Source: Escherichia phage vB_EcoM_FJ1
Length of the DNA stretch: 64,000 bases
Reading direction: 5' to 3' (one strand)
Sequence record: MZ170040.1
The notes beneath the pieces are model-generated. The model was not told the origin of the DNA, ran no database searches, and saw nothing but the letters and a program-made list of their open reading frames with translations. This document shows, one piece after another, positions 22,451 to 34,024 of this stretch (position 1 is its first letter; every line of letters starts with the position of its first letter). Made by a program: the position numbers and the translations under genes.

Positions 22451-23368
22451 TCAAAATTCATTAATGCTATTAGTTAATTTAGAAAGACCCGCTTTTACAA
22501 AATATGAATAAATTTTGCCACGCGGTGGTAATTTATATGAATTATAGTAATTCACAATGTTTGAAGCAATATTATCAGGAATATAATCAAAATCAATTAG
22601 AACTAAATTTTCTTTATAACGATTATATTCAGATTCTGTGAGAAGCACCTTAGCTTGCTCACGGTCATTAGCAATAGCTTCAACGATTGAAGTTTTCATT
22701 GAAGGAGTTCGTTCACCTTCAACTCTGGTAAACCAAAAGTCAGATCGTACTTTAACTGAAGCAACGTTATCCTTTTTGTCGCCTTTAAGGATTTTAGTCA
22801 TACAGTCAATTTCAGCAGAACCGCTTTTAATTTTAACCCATTTCTTGTGCATCGGTGACCATTGCTTAACATTTGGGTATTTGTGAAGTTGAGTAAAGTC
22901 ACCATCCGATGAAATGATTAAAATCTTGTGTCCTTCTAAAGAGAACTTTTTAACAAGAACAGCAATGTGGTCATCTGCTTCATACTTATCAATATCCATA
23001 ACAATGTATGGCATATAAGCTTTCAATTCATCTATAACTTTATGGCTGGATTCAAAATAACCTTCCCAGTCCCAAGTCGATTCTTCTCGTGCCTTTCCAC
23101 GGTTTTTCTTGTAATAATACGCGAAATCACGACGCCAATATCCAGATTTCGCGTTATCAATACACAGTACAATTTTAGTGTATCCAAGAGCTTTTGCTTT
23201 TTTGACATTAAACTTAATTGAGTTCAATATCAAATGACGAACCATTGATAAATTAATTTTTTCTTTATTTGGGAAGTTTACCAAAGCAGTTGAAAGCGCA
23301 ATTTGACTAAAGTCAATTAAGCAGATTCCTTCTTTGTAATCTTCATCCAGCATCATTTCTAAATCCAT
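22451..23368 (-). CDS. rnh: RNase H (5'-3' exonuclease, FEN family)
   Basis: 305 aa from MDLEMMLDEDYKEGICLIDFSQIAL...; ORF track start 23383 is upstream Met. Confidence 0.85.
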   Translation of the reverse strand: MDLEMMLDEDYKEGICLIDFSQIALSTALVNFPNKEKINLSMVRHLILNSIKFNVKKAKALGYTKIVLCIDNAKSGYWRRDFAYYYKKNRGKAREESTWDWEGYFESSHKVIDELKAYMPYIVMDIDKYEADDHIAVLVKKFSLEGHKILIISSDGDFTQLHKYPNVKQWSPMHKKWVKIKSGSAEIDCMTKILKGDKKDNVASVKVRSDFWFTRVEGERTPSMKTSIVEAIANDREQAKVLLTESEYNRYKENLVLIDFDYIPDNIASNIVNYYNSYKLPPRGKIYSYFVKAGLSKLTNSINEF

Positions 23369-23430
23369 ATGAACCTCGTTCAATTAGTGAGATTTCTATT
23401 ATATACCATCCGAATCTTAAAGTAAACAAG

Positions 23431-23438
23431 TATAAATA
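23431..23438 (+). promoter_or_regulatory. T4 late promoter TATAAATA upstream of gene 34
   Basis: exact TATAAATA 35 nt upstream of gene 34 ATG. Confidence 0.7.
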
Positions 23439-23472
23439 CTTATTATTGAAAACACAATAGGAGCCCGGGAGA

Positions 23473-26400
23473 ATGGCCGAGATTAAAAGAAAGTTCAGAG
23501 CAGAAGATGGTCTGGACGCAGGTGGCGATAAAATAATCAACGTAGCTTTAGCTGATCGTACCGTAGGAACTGACGGTGTTAACGTTGATTACTTAATTCA
23601 AGAAAACACAGTTCAACAATACGATCCAACTCGTGGATATTTAAAAGATTTTGTAATCATTTATGATAACCGCTTTTGGGCTGCTATAAATGATATTCCA
23701 AAACCGGCAGGAGCTTTTAATAGCGGACGCTGGAGAGCATTACGTACCGATGCTAACTGGATTACAGTCTCATCTGGTTCATATCAATTAAAATCGGGTG
23801 AAGCAATTTCGGTTAACACCGCAGCTGGAAATGACATCACGTTTACTTTACCATCTTCTCCAATTGATGGTGATACTATCGTTCTCCAAGATATTGGAGG
23901 AAAACCTGGAGTTAACCAAGTTTTAATTGTAGCTCCAGTGCAAAGTATTGTAAACTTTAGAGGTGAACAGGTACGTTCAGTACTAATGACTCATCCAAAG
24001 TCACAGCTAGTTTTAATTTTTAGTAATCGTCTGTGGCAAATGTATGTTGCTGATTATAGTAGAGAAGCTATAGTTGTAACACCAGCGAATACTTATCAAG
24101 CGCAATCCAACGATTTTATCGTGCGTAGATTTACTTCTGCTGCACCAATTAATGTTAAACTTCCAAGATTTGCTAATCATGGCGATATTATTAATTTCGT
24201 CGATTTAGATAAACTGAATCCACTTTATCATACAATTGTTACTACATACGATGAAACGACTTCAGTACAAGAAGTTGGAACTCATTCCATTGAAGGCCGT
24301 ACATCGATTGACGGTTTCTTGATGTTTGATGATAATGAGAAATTGTGGAGATTGTTTGACGGGGATAGTAAAGCACGTTTACGTATCATAACAACTAATT
24401 CAAACATTCGTCCAAATGAAGAAGTTATGGTATTTGGTGCGAATAATGGAACAACTCAGACAATTGAGCTTAAGCTTCCAACTAATATTTCTGTTGGTGA
24501 TACTGTTAAAATTTCCATGAATTACATGAGAAAAGGACAAACAGTTAAAATCAAAGCTGCTGATGAAGATAAAATTGCTTCTTCAGTTCAATTGCTGCAA
24601 TTCCCAAAACGTTCAGAGTATCCACCTGAAGCTGAATGGGTGACTGTTCAAGAATTAATTTTTAACGGTGAAACTAATTATGTTCCAGTTTTGGAGCTTG
24701 CTTACATAGAAGATTCTGATGGAAAATACTGGGTTGTACAGCAAAATGTTCCAACTGTAGAAAGAGTTGATTCTTTAAATGATTCTACTAGAGCGAGATT
24801 AGGCGTAATTGCTTTAGCTACACAAGCGCAAGCTAATGCCGATTTAGAAAATTCTCCACAAAAAGAATTAGCAATTACTCCAGAAACGTTAGCTAATCGT
24901 ACTGCTACTGAAACTCGTAGAGGTATTGCAAGAATAGCAACTACTGCTCAAGTGAATCAGAACACCACATTCTCTTTTGCAGATGACCTTATCATTACTC
25001 CTAAAAAGCTGAATGAAAGAACTGCTACAGAAACTCGTAGAGGTGTTGCTGAAATTGCTACGCAGCAAGAAACTAATGCAGGTACTGATGATACTACAAT
25101 CATTACTCCTAAAAAGCTTCAAGCTCGTCAAGGTTCTGAGTCATTATCTGGTATTGTAACCTTTGTATCTACCGCAGGAGCTACTCCAGCTTCTAGTCGT
25201 GAATTAAATGGTACAAACGTTTATAATAAAAACACTAATAATTTAGTTGTTTCGCCTAAAGCTCTGGATCAGTATAAAGCTACTCCAACGCAACAAGGTG
25301 CAGTAATTTTAGCAGTTGAAAGTGAAGTAATTGCTGGGCAGAGTCAAGAAGGATGGGCAAATGCGGTTGTAACGCCAGAAACGTTACATAAAAAGACATC
25401 AACTGATGCAAGAATTGGTTTAATTGAAATTGCTACGCAAAGTGAAGTTAATACAGGAACTGATTATACTCGTGCAGTCACTCCTAAAACTTTAAATGAC
25501 CGTAAAGCAACTGAAAGTTTAAGTGGTATAGCTGAAATTGCTACACAAGTTGAATTCGACGCAGGCGTCGACGATACTCGTATCTCTACACCATTAAAAA
25601 TTAAAACTAGATTTAATAGTACTGATCGTACTTCTGTTGTTGCTCTATCTGGATTAGTTGAATCAGGAACTCTCTGGGACCATTATACCCTTAATATTCT
25701 TGAAGCAAATGAGACACAGCGTGGTACACTTCGTGTAGCTACACAGGTTGAAGCTGCTGCAGGAACATTAGATAATGTTTTAATAACTCCTAAAAAGCTT
25801 TTAGGTACTAAATCTACCGAATCGCAGGAAGGTGTTATTAAAGTTGCAACTCAGTCTGAAACTGTGACTGGAACGTCAGCAAATACTGCTGTATCTCCAA
25901 AAAATTTAAAATGGATTGTGCAGAGTGAACCTACTTGGGCAGCTACTACTGCGATAAGAGGCTTTGTTAAAACTTCATCTGGTTCAATTACATTCGTTGG
26001 TAATGATACAGCTGGTTCTACGCAGGACTTAGAGCTATACGAGAAAAATAGCTATGCAGTATCACCATACGAATTAAACCGTGTACTCGCTAACTATTTG
26101 CCATTAAAAGCAAAAGCTGCTGACGCAAATTTATTAGATGGCCTAGATTCATCTCAGTTCATTCGTAGGGACATTGCACAGACGGTTAATGGTTCACTAA
26201 CCTTAACCCAGCAAACGAATCTGAGTGCCCCTCTTGTATCATCTAGTACTGCTACGTTTGGTGGATCAGTTTCGGCAAATAGTACATTAACTATTTCTAA
26301 TACTGGAACGGCAACTCGTCTGATTTTTGAGAAAGGACCTCAAACTGGAACTAACCCAGCACAGACGATGACTATCAGAGTTTGGGGAAATCAGTTTGGC

Positions 26401-27342
26401 GGCGGTTCAGATACAACACGTTCTACTGTATTTGAAGTTGGTGATGAAACATCTAATCACTTTTATTCTCAACGTAATAAAGCTGGGAATATAACGTTTA
26501 GTATCAATGGTACTATGATGCCAATAAATGTTAATGCTTCGGGTTCTTTGAATGCGAACGGCGTTGCAACATTTGGTAGTTCAGTTACAGCCAATGGCGA
26601 ATTCATCAGCAAGTCTGCAAATGCTTTCAGAGCAATAAATGGCGACTATGGATTCTTTATTCGCAATGATGCTGCTAACACCTATTTTATGCTTACTGCA
26701 TCGGGTGATCAGACTGGCGGATTTAATGGATTACGTCCTTTAGCTATTAACAATCAGTCCGGTCAAGTAACGATTGGTGAAAGCTTAATCATTGCCAAAG
26801 GTGCTACTATAAATTCAGGTGGTTTAACTGTTAACTCGAGAATTCGTTCTCAGGGCACTAAAACTTCTGACTTATATACCCGTGCGCCAACATCTGATAC
26901 TGTAGGATTCTGGTCAATCGATATTAATGATTCAGCTACTTATAACCAATTCCCGGGTTATTTTAAAATGGTTGAAAAAACTAATGAAGTGACTGGACTT
27001 CCATACTTAGAACGTGGCGAAGAAGTTAAATCTCCTGGTACATTGACTCAGTTTGGTAACACACTTGATTCGCTTTACCAAGATTGGATTACTTATCCAA
27101 CGACGCCAGAAGCGCGTACCACTCGCTGGACACGTACCTGGCAGAAAACCAAAAACTCTTGGTCAAGTTTTGTTCAGGTATTTGATGGAGGTAACCCTCC
27201 TCAACCATCTGATATCGGTGCTTTACCATCTGATAATGCTACAATGGGCAATCTTACTATTCGTGATTTCTTGCGAATTGGTAATGTTCGCATTATTCCT
27301 GACCCAGTGAATAAAACGGTTAAATTTGAATGGGTTGAATAA
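23473..27342 (+). CDS. 34: gp34 long tail fiber proximal subunit
   Basis: 1289 aa, MAEIKRKFRAEDGLDAGGDKIINVALADRTVG...; contains about eight copies of a ~20-aa ITPKKL...TETRRGIAEIATQ repeat. Confidence 0.95.
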   Translation: MAEIKRKFRAEDGLDAGGDKIINVALADRTVGTDGVNVDYLIQENTVQQYDPTRGYLKDFVIIYDNRFWAAINDIPKPAGAFNSGRWRALRTDANWITVSSGSYQLKSGEAISVNTAAGNDITFTLPSSPIDGDTIVLQDIGGKPGVNQVLIVAPVQSIVNFRGEQVRSVLMTHPKSQLVLIFSNRLWQMYVADYSREAIVVTPANTYQAQSNDFIVRRFTSAAPINVKLPRFANHGDIINFVDLDKLNPLYHTIVTTYDETTSVQEVGTHSIEGRTSIDGFLMFDDNEKLWRLFDGDSKARLRIITTNSNIRPNEEVMVFGANNGTTQTIELKLPTNISVGDTVKISMNYMRKGQTVKIKAADEDKIASSVQLLQFPKRSEYPPEAEWVTVQELIFNGETNYVPVLELAYIEDSDGKYWVVQQNVPTVERVDSLNDSTRARLGVIALATQAQANADLENSPQKELAITPETLANRTATETRRGIARIATTAQVNQNTTFSFADDLIITPKKLNERTATETRRGVAEIATQQETNAGTDDTTIITPKKLQARQGSESLSGIVTFVSTAGATPASSRELNGTNVYNKNTNNLVVSPKALDQYKATPTQQGAVILAVESEVIAGQSQEGWANAVVTPETLHKKTSTDARIGLIEIATQSEVNTGTDYTRAVTPKTLNDRKATESLSGIAEIATQVEFDAGVDDTRISTPLKIKTRFNSTDRTSVVALSGLVESGTLWDHYTLNILEANETQRGTLRVATQVEAAAGTLDNVLITPKKLLGTKSTESQEGVIKVATQSETVTGTSANTAVSPKNLKWIVQSEPTWAATTAIRGFVKTSSGSITFVGNDTAGSTQDLELYEKNSYAVSPYELNRVLANYLPLKAKAADANLLDGLDSSQFIRRDIAQTVNGSLTLTQQTNLSAPLVSSSTATFGGSVSANSTLTISNTGTATRLIFEKGPQTGTNPAQTMTIRVWGNQFGGGSDTTRSTVFEVGDETSNHFYSQRNKAGNITFSINGTMMPINVNASGSLNANGVATFGSSVTANGEFISKSANAFRAINGDYGFFIRNDAANTYFMLTASGDQTGGFNGLRPLAINNQSGQVTIGESLIIAKGATINSGGLTVNSRIRSQGTKTSDLYTRAPTSDTVGFWSIDINDSATYNQFPGYFKMVEKTNEVTGLPYLERGEEVKSPGTLTQFGNTLDSLYQDWITYPTTPEARTTRWTRTWQKTKNSWSSFVQVFDGGNPPQPSDIGALPSDNATMGNLTIRDFLRIGNVRIIPDPVNKTVKFEWVE

Positions 27343-27350
27343 GAGGTATT

Positions 27351-28466
27351 ATGGAAAAATTTATGGCAGAGTTTGGACAAGGATATGTCCAAACGCCATT
27401 TTTATCGGAAAGCAATTCAGTAAGATACAAAATAAGTATAGCGGGTTCTTGCCCGCTTTCTACTGCAGGACCATACGTTAAATTTCAGGATAATCCTGTA
27501 GGAAGTCAAACATTTAGCGCAGGACTTCATTTAAGAGTTTTTGACCCTTCCACCGGAGCATTAGTTGATAGTAAGTCATATGCTTTTTCGACTTCAAATG
27601 ATACTACATCAGCTGCTTTTGTTAGCTTCATGAATTCTTTGACAAATAATAGAATTGTTGCTATATTAACTAACGGAAAGGTTAATTTTCCTCCTGAAGT
27701 AGTATCTTGGCTAAGAACTGCAGGAACGTCTGCTTTTCCATCTGATTCTATATTGTCAAGATTCGACGTATCATATGCTGCTTTTTATACTTCTTCTAAA
27801 AGAGCTATCGCATTAGAGCATGTTAAATTAAGTAATAGAAAAAGCACAGATGATTATCAAACTATTTTAGATGTTGTATTTGACAGTTTAGAAGACGTCG
27901 GAGCTACCGGGTTTCCAAGAAGAACGTATGAAAGCGTTGAGCAATTTATGTCAGCGGTTGGTGGAACTAATAACGAAATTGCGCGTCTACCAACTTCGGC
28001 TGCAATAAGTAAACTCTCTGATTATAATTTAATTCCTGGTGATGTTCTTTATCTTAAAACACAGCTATACGCCGATGCTGATTTACTTGCTCTTGGAACT
28101 ACAAATATATCTATCCGTTTTTATAATGCATCAAATGGATATATTTCCTCGACACAAGCTGAATTTACTGGGCAAGCTGGGTCATGGGAATTAAAGGAAG
28201 ATTATGTAGTTGTTCCAGAAAACGCAGTAGGATTTACGATATACGCACAGAGAACTGCACAAGCAGGTCAAGGTGGCATGAGAAATTTAAGCTTTTCTGA
28301 AGTGTCAAGAAATGGTGGTATTTCGAAACCTGCTGAATTTGGTGTCAATGGTATTCGTGTTAATTATATCTGTGAATCTGCTTCACCTCCGGATATAATG
28401 GTACTTCCTACGCAAGCATCGTCTAAAGCTGGTAAAGTGTTTGGACAAGAATTTAGAGAAGTTTAA
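27351..28466 (+). CDS. 35: gp35 long tail fiber hinge connector
   Basis: 371 aa directly downstream of 34. Confidence 0.85.
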   Translation: MEKFMAEFGQGYVQTPFLSESNSVRYKISIAGSCPLSTAGPYVKFQDNPVGSQTFSAGLHLRVFDPSTGALVDSKSYAFSTSNDTTSAAFVSFMNSLTNNRIVAILTNGKVNFPPEVVSWLRTAGTSAFPSDSILSRFDVSYAAFYTSSKRAIALEHVKLSNRKSTDDYQTILDVVFDSLEDVGATGFPRRTYESVEQFMSAVGGTNNEIARLPTSAAISKLSDYNLIPGDVLYLKTQLYADADLLALGTTNISIRFYNASNGYISSTQAEFTGQAGSWELKEDYVVVPENAVGFTIYAQRTAQAGQGGMRNLSFSEVSRNGGISKPAEFGVNGIRVNYICESASPPDIMVLPTQASSKAGKVFGQEFREV

Positions 28467-28471
28467 ATTGA

Positions 28472-28498
28472 GGGAGCCTTCGGGTTCCCTTTTTCTTT
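28472..28498 (+). terminator. rho-independent terminator after gene 35
   Basis: GGGAGCC-TTCG-GGTTCCC hairpin followed by TTTTTCTTT. Confidence 0.6.
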
Positions 28499-28505
28499 AT
28501 AAATA
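28498..28505 (+). promoter_or_regulatory. T4 late promoter TATAAATA upstream of gene 36
   Basis: exact TATAAATA 24 nt upstream of gene 36 ATG. Confidence 0.7.
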
Positions 28506-28528
28506 CTATTAAAATAAAGGGGCATACA

Positions 28529-29191
28529 ATGGCTGATTTAAAAGTAGGTTCAACAACCGGAGGCTCTGTCATTTGGCATCAAGGAAATTTTCCATTGAAT
28601 CCAGCCGGTGACGATGTACTCTATAAATCATTTAAAATATATTCAGAATATAATAAACCACAAGCTGCTGATAACGATTTCGTTTCTAAAGCTAATGGTG
28701 GTACTTACGCCGCGACTGTTCGATTTAATGGAGGAGTACATGTTCCTACTATAGGTAGTAGTCAACCGTGCGGTGTTTATCCAGGTAACGGTGATGCAGC
28801 TACTTTTGCTATGGCAAATATTGACATCGTTTCGTGGAATGGTATTGGTTTTAAATCATCACAAGGTTCAGCAGACCGAACTGTTGTTATTAACGCTCGT
28901 ACCGGTGATATCAGCACTAAGGGCGGTTTTTATGCAACTGGTCCTGTCCGTTCTAACGCTGCTGCTCCTATAGCAGCGAATGACCTTACTAGAAAGGACT
29001 ATGTTGATGGAGCAATAAATACTGTTACGGCAAATGCGAACTCTAGAGTGTTACGATCTGGTGACACCATGACAGGTAATTTAACCGCACCAAACTTTTT
29101 CTCGCAGAATCCTGCATCTCAACCTTCACATGTTCCACGATTTGACCAAATCGTAATTAAGGATTCTGTTCAAGATTTCGGCTATTATTAA
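28529..29191 (+). CDS. 36: gp36 long tail fiber distal connector
   Basis: 220 aa, [34 protein letters not shown]... Confidence 0.85.
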   Translation: MADLKVGSTTGGSVIWHQGNFPLNPAGDDVLYKSFKIYSEYNKPQAADNDFVSKANGGTYAATVRFNGGVHVPTIGSSQPCGVYPGNGDAATFAMANIDIVSWNGIGFKSSQGSADRTVVINARTGDISTKGGFYATGPVRSNAAAPIAANDLTRKDYVDGAINTVTANANSRVLRSGDTMTGNLTAPNFFSQNPASQPSHVPRFDQIVIKDSVQDFGYY

Positions 29192-29199
29192 GAGGACTT

Positions 29200-32100
29200 A
29201 TGGCTACTTTAAAACAAATACAATTTAAAAGAAGCAAAACCGCAGGTGCACGTCCTGCTGCTTCAGTATTAGCCGAAGGTGAATTGGCTATAAACTTAAA
29301 AGATAGAACAATTTTTACTAAAGACGATTCAGGAACTATCATTGATCTAGGTATTGCTAAAGGCGGTCAAATTGATGGAAATGTGACTATCAATGGTCTT
29401 TTAAGATTAAATGGGGATTATACACAAACTGGTGGAATGACCGTAAATGGACCTATTGGTTCTACTGAAGGCGTATCCGCCTTAGTTTTTAGATCTATGC
29501 GAGGGTCATTTTACGCAAGAGCAACAAATGATACTTCCAATGCCCATCTTTGGTTTGAAAATACAGATGGATCGGAGAGAGGTGTTTTATATTCAAAACC
29601 ACAGTCTGAAAATGAAGGCGTAATTACAATGCGTGTTCGCCAAGGAACCGCAGCAGGGGCTCAAAATTCAGAATTTCATTTCATTTCGACTGATGGTGGT
29701 ATTTTCCAGGCACGTAAATTAACTGCTTTAACTTCTATTAGTACACCAACTATTAGTGTTAATTTAATTAATCATGATTCTAAAGCCTTTGGGCAATACG
29801 ATTCACAATCATTGGTTCAGTATGTTTATCCTGGAACCGGTGAAACTAACGGAGTAAACTATCTTCGTAAAGTTCGTGCTAAATCTGGCGGCACTATATG
29901 GCATGAAATCTGTACAGCTCAGACTGGACAAGCTGATGAAATGTCATGGTGGACTGGTAAAACACCATTATTTAAACTATACGGTATTCGTAACGACGGT
30001 AGAATGATTATCCGCAATAGCTTGGCCATTGGTACTGTGACTGAAGGATACCCGTCAAGCGATTATGGAAATACCGGGGTAATGGGAGATAGGTATTTAG
30101 CTCTTGGCGATAATGCTTCTGGACTTAAATGGGTTCGTACTGGCGTTATTGACTTAATGGCTAACGGTATTTCTGCGGCGACTATTATTAATAATGGTAT
30201 TAATAGTACTAAAAAATTGATGGTCGGTTATAGCCGCGATTCTGGTACTACATGGGATTTTCCAAATAACAACCAAGCAATGTTTACTGCGCGTACCGAT
30301 ATTGATGGTAATAATAACGGTGATGGGCAAACTCATATCGGTTATAACAGTAATTCTAAAATGCATCACTATTTCCGTGGTACAGGTCGTATGGCTGTTG
30401 GTATGTCCCAAGGTCTCCTTGTTGAACCAGGAATTTTAGATATTAACACTGGTTCTAATAGAGTTGCTATTAGAGCAGATGGTACATTTGACTCAACCCG
30501 ACGTATTTCAATGCGTACTGGATTATTTTTATCAGGTGATGATAATACCAATGCTTTGTCATTTAAAGCTCCTACCGGTGTTGACGGAACCAAAACCATT
30601 AACTGGGATGCAGGCACTCGTAACGGACAGAATAAAAATACTGTTTCAATTAAAGCATGGGGTAATGCCTTTAACTCAGTTCCCGGTATTAGAGAAACTG
30701 TATTTGAAGTATATGATTCACAAGGTTATTATTTTTATTCACAACGCCAGCGCCCAGAAGGTTCTGAAACTGTTGGGCCCGTTGTAACCCAGTTCAATGG
30801 ACCAGTTAATGCTAACGGCTCTATTAGCACTGCAGGAAATCTTAAAGTTGATGGTTTAAGCACTTTAAACGGTAATGTTACAATGAAGAACGGCTTGTTT
30901 TTACAAGGTGGTTCTTCTATTACCGGCCAAGTTAAAATCGGCGGAACAACAAATGCATTGAGAATTTGGAACGCCGAATACGGTGCTATTTTCCGCCGTT
31001 CGGAAAGTAATCTTTATATTATTCCAACCAATCAAAATGAAGGCGAAAGTGGAGACATTCACAGCTCTTTGAGACCTGTGAGAATAGGATTAAACGATGG
31101 CATGGTTGGGTTAGGAAGAGATTCTTTTATAGTAGATCAAAATAATGCTTTAACTACTATAAACAGTAACTCTCGCATTAATGCCAACTTTAGAATGCAA
31201 TTAGGACAAAATGCTTATATAGACATTGAGGCTTCTGATGGAGTTCGCCCAACAGGTTGTGGTTCCTTTGCATCTCAGAATGACGTAAACGTCAGAGCTC
31301 CAATTTATATGAATATAGAGCGTACTGCTACTTCTGAATACATTCCTATTGTTAAACAACGGTATGTAAAGGGCGATAGTACTTATTCTATTGGTACCTT
31401 GATTTCTCAGGGAGACTTTCGCGTTCATTATCACCAGGGAACTAGCACCAATGGCGTAGATTTGAGTTGGGAATTCCGTCGCACAGGCGATTTCCGCGCG
31501 GCAGGTAAAATTATTGCCGGTGCTGCTACTCTTGGCACTGATGGTAATATCACGGGCGGTTCAGGAAACTTTGCTAACTTGAATACAACTTTAAACCGTA
31601 AAGTGAATTCTGGTTTTATTACTTATGGAGCAACTGCAGGTTGGTACAAGTTTGCAACAGTAACAATGCCTCAAGCTACATCAACCGTTTCAATTACAGT
31701 CACTGGCGGAAATGGATTTAATTCTGGATCATTTAATCAGTGCGCAATTTCTGAAATTGTTCTTCGTACAGGAAACAATACTCCTAAAGGATTAAATGCT
31801 GTTCTATATAGAAGAGGACTAAATTCATTTAGAGATATTGCTTGGGTTAATACATCTGGTGATACATATGACATTTATGTTAATATGGGAACATATGCTA
31901 ATCAGTTGATATTTAACTATAGTTCTGTTGATAACGCTACAGTTCAAATTATTGGCGCATTCAGTTCAGCCCAAAATCCTGTTGATGCATTGCCAGAAAC
32001 ATATATTAAAGGTCAGGTAGCAGATGTATTGACTAACTTAGTTGATTCTGGAAAAACGAAGCGTTTTGTTGCTGAATCTGAAATAGCTGTTAATAATCAA

Positions 32101-33156
32101 ACTGGATTACGTATTACGAGTAATGGTGATAAATCTGGTTCAAATTCAGTATTATTTAGAAATGACGGTGGAAGCTTCTATATTTTACTGACCGACAAAA
32201 ACTCTTCAGACGGCGATAATAAAGCAACTGAAGGTGATTGGAATGGAAAACGACCGTTTTCAATTGATATGACTGCTGGTACTGTTCGTCTTGGCGAAAA
32301 TACTTCTTTTGATAAAGATATTGTTATTAATGGAAACATTAATTCACGAGTTAAAGTTGCTGGACAGTGGAACGTCAGCTTTTCTTCTATTTCAGATGTG
32401 ACTCGCGACAATTCTGCATTCTTAGCGAATACTGGTGGCATTTCCAAGACAAGTCAAGCTTATTACCCGCTATTTTCTGGATACAGTTTTTTAACTGACG
32501 CAGGTTATCGCCAATCGTTTGAATTTGGATGGTTAGGTGTTTCTGGTACTTGGCGTCAAGGCATTATTCGCATGCGTGGTAACAACCCATCGGGGCAACA
32601 GGCTCGTTGGACTTTTGATATGGACGGAACATTTTATGCTCCTATACTATCATGTGGGTCTGCGAGAGCATTCGGTGTCAATACAACAAATGGATGGGGT
32701 GGTAACTCAATTGCGATAGGTGATAGTGATACTGGTTTTAGACAAGTAGGCGATGGGCTTTTAGAAACATGGGCAAACAACGTTAAGGTCGTTCGTTATA
32801 CTTCAAGTGAAGTTTATTCCGAGAAAAACGTCAACGCTCCTAACGTTTATATTCGTTCTGATATTCGTTTGAAATCTAATTTCAAGCCTATTGAAAACGC
32901 GCTCGAAAAGGTTGAACAACTTGATGGTTTAATCTATGACAAAGCTGAATATATAGGCGGTGAACCTGTCCAAACAGAAGCGGGTATTATAGCTCAAACG
33001 TTGCAAGACGTTTTACCAGAAGCTGTCCATGAAACAGAAGACAGTAAGGGTAATAAAATACTCACTGTTTCTTCTCAAGCCCAGATTGCTCTTCTGGTTG
33101 AAGCTGTGAAAACACTTTCTGCTCGTGTAAAAGAACTTGAATCTAAACTTATGTAA
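29200..33156 (+). CDS. 37: gp37 long tail fiber distal subunit with C-terminal intramolecular chaperone-like domain
   Basis: 1318 aa starting [43 protein letters not shown]; C-terminal ~100 aa ([29 protein letters not shown]...) resembles S74-type autoproteolytic chaperone domain. Confidence 0.85.
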   Translation: MATLKQIQFKRSKTAGARPAASVLAEGELAINLKDRTIFTKDDSGTIIDLGIAKGGQIDGNVTINGLLRLNGDYTQTGGMTVNGPIGSTEGVSALVFRSMRGSFYARATNDTSNAHLWFENTDGSERGVLYSKPQSENEGVITMRVRQGTAAGAQNSEFHFISTDGGIFQARKLTALTSISTPTISVNLINHDSKAFGQYDSQSLVQYVYPGTGETNGVNYLRKVRAKSGGTIWHEICTAQTGQADEMSWWTGKTPLFKLYGIRNDGRMIIRNSLAIGTVTEGYPSSDYGNTGVMGDRYLALGDNASGLKWVRTGVIDLMANGISAATIINNGINSTKKLMVGYSRDSGTTWDFPNNNQAMFTARTDIDGNNNGDGQTHIGYNSNSKMHHYFRGTGRMAVGMSQGLLVEPGILDINTGSNRVAIRADGTFDSTRRISMRTGLFLSGDDNTNALSFKAPTGVDGTKTINWDAGTRNGQNKNTVSIKAWGNAFNSVPGIRETVFEVYDSQGYYFYSQRQRPEGSETVGPVVTQFNGPVNANGSISTAGNLKVDGLSTLNGNVTMKNGLFLQGGSSITGQVKIGGTTNALRIWNAEYGAIFRRSESNLYIIPTNQNEGESGDIHSSLRPVRIGLNDGMVGLGRDSFIVDQNNALTTINSNSRINANFRMQLGQNAYIDIEASDGVRPTGCGSFASQNDVNVRAPIYMNIERTATSEYIPIVKQRYVKGDSTYSIGTLISQGDFRVHYHQGTSTNGVDLSWEFRRTGDFRAAGKIIAGAATLGTDGNITGGSGNFANLNTTLNRKVNSGFITYGATAGWYKFATVTMPQATSTVSITVTGGNGFNSGSFNQCAISEIVLRTGNNTPKGLNAVLYRRGLNSFRDIAWVNTSGDTYDIYVNMGTYANQLIFNYSSVDNATVQIIGAFSSAQNPVDALPETYIKGQVADVLTNLVDSGKTKRFVAESEIAVNNQTGLRITSNGDKSGSNSVLFRNDGGSFYILLTDKNSSDGDNKATEGDWNGKRPFSIDMTAGTVRLGENTSFDKDIVINGNINSRVKVAGQWNVSFSSISDVTRDNSAFLANTGGISKTSQAYYPLFSGYSFLTDAGYRQSFEFGWLGVSGTWRQGIIRMRGNNPSGQQARWTFDMDGTFYAPILSCGSARAFGVNTTNGWGGNSIAIGDSDTGFRQVGDGLLETWANNVKVVRYTSSEVYSEKNVNAPNVYIRSDIRLKSNFKPIENALEKVEQLDGLIYDKAEYIGGEPVQTEAGIIAQTLQDVLPEAVHETEDSKGNKILTVSSQAQIALLVEAVKTLSARVKELESKLM

Positions 33157-33186
33157 AAGAGGGCTTCGGCCCTCTAAGGATTTTTA

Positions 33187-33993
33187 ATGGCAATTGTAGG
33201 TGTTCCTGGCTGGATTGGCGAATCTGCCGTGAATGAAACTGGACAACGTTGGATGGATGCTGCGATGAGAGCAGTTCGTGTTTCAGTTCCCGGTTGGATG
33301 AGTTCAATGGCAGGAAAGTCAGTTGAAAAAGCTTATTCAATTGGCTCAAATCATTCATATAATAAAGATACTTTAATTAATTGGCTTAAATCAATTGGAA
33401 CAGCTCCTGCTGTTGTAACAATAACAGGAGATATTGTTTCTAGTTCTTCAACTATTCCGTGCTTAGATTTTCCTAGTTCATTAACTAATGAATATGTGAC
33501 ATTGATTATTAACTCTGGCGTTACTGTTTATGGCCGAGGAGGTAATGGATCTGGATCTAGTGGAGGTTCTGGAGATGCTTTAGTTCGAGCAACTGCTGGT
33601 GGTACAGCGATTAATAATGGTATTGGTACACGCTTACGTATTACGAATAATGGCGCAATTGCTGGCGGCGGTGGTGGCGGCGGTGGTTGGTCCGTAGATT
33701 ATAACTTCACATTAGGTAATGTTGCTGGTGGTGGAGGCGGACGTCCTTTCGGTACTGGTGGTCGAGGTGGTCGAGGTAATGGTGGTAATGCATCGTTAAC
33801 CGCCGCAGGTGGTAAAGTAACTGTTGATGGTAATAACATGAGTGGTGCGGGTGGTAATGTTGGCTCAGCTGGTGGCGCTGCTGTTCGTACATCAAACTTT
33901 CAAACTAGTGGCGCTGGCGCTGCGGGTAAAGCTGTTACCGGAAATGCCCCAACATGGACTAAGGTTGGTACAATATACGGTTCAAGAGTATAA
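33187..33993 (+). CDS. 38: gp38 tail fiber adhesin, T2-type with glycine-rich motifs
   Basis: 268 aa, MAIVGVPGWIGESAVNETGQRWM... then poly-Gly blocks (AGGGGGGGGW, GGGGGRPFGTGGRGGRGNGG). Confidence 0.85.
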   Translation: MAIVGVPGWIGESAVNETGQRWMDAAMRAVRVSVPGWMSSMAGKSVEKAYSIGSNHSYNKDTLINWLKSIGTAPAVVTITGDIVSSSSTIPCLDFPSSLTNEYVTLIINSGVTVYGRGGNGSGSSGGSGDALVRATAGGTAINNGIGTRLRITNNGAIAGGGGGGGGWSVDYNFTLGNVAGGGGGRPFGTGGRGGRGNGGNASLTAAGGKVTVDGNNMSGAGGNVGSAGGAAVRTSNFQTSGAGAAGKAVTGNAPTWTKVGTIYGSRV

Positions 33994-34024
33994 TTTTGAA
34001 TAAATATCCTTAAAAGGAGGGTCT

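Noticed and set aside
33994-34024. Late promoter for holin gene t
   Set aside because: The sequence GAATAAATAT upstream of t deviates from the strict TATAAATA late consensus, so no promoter feature was called.
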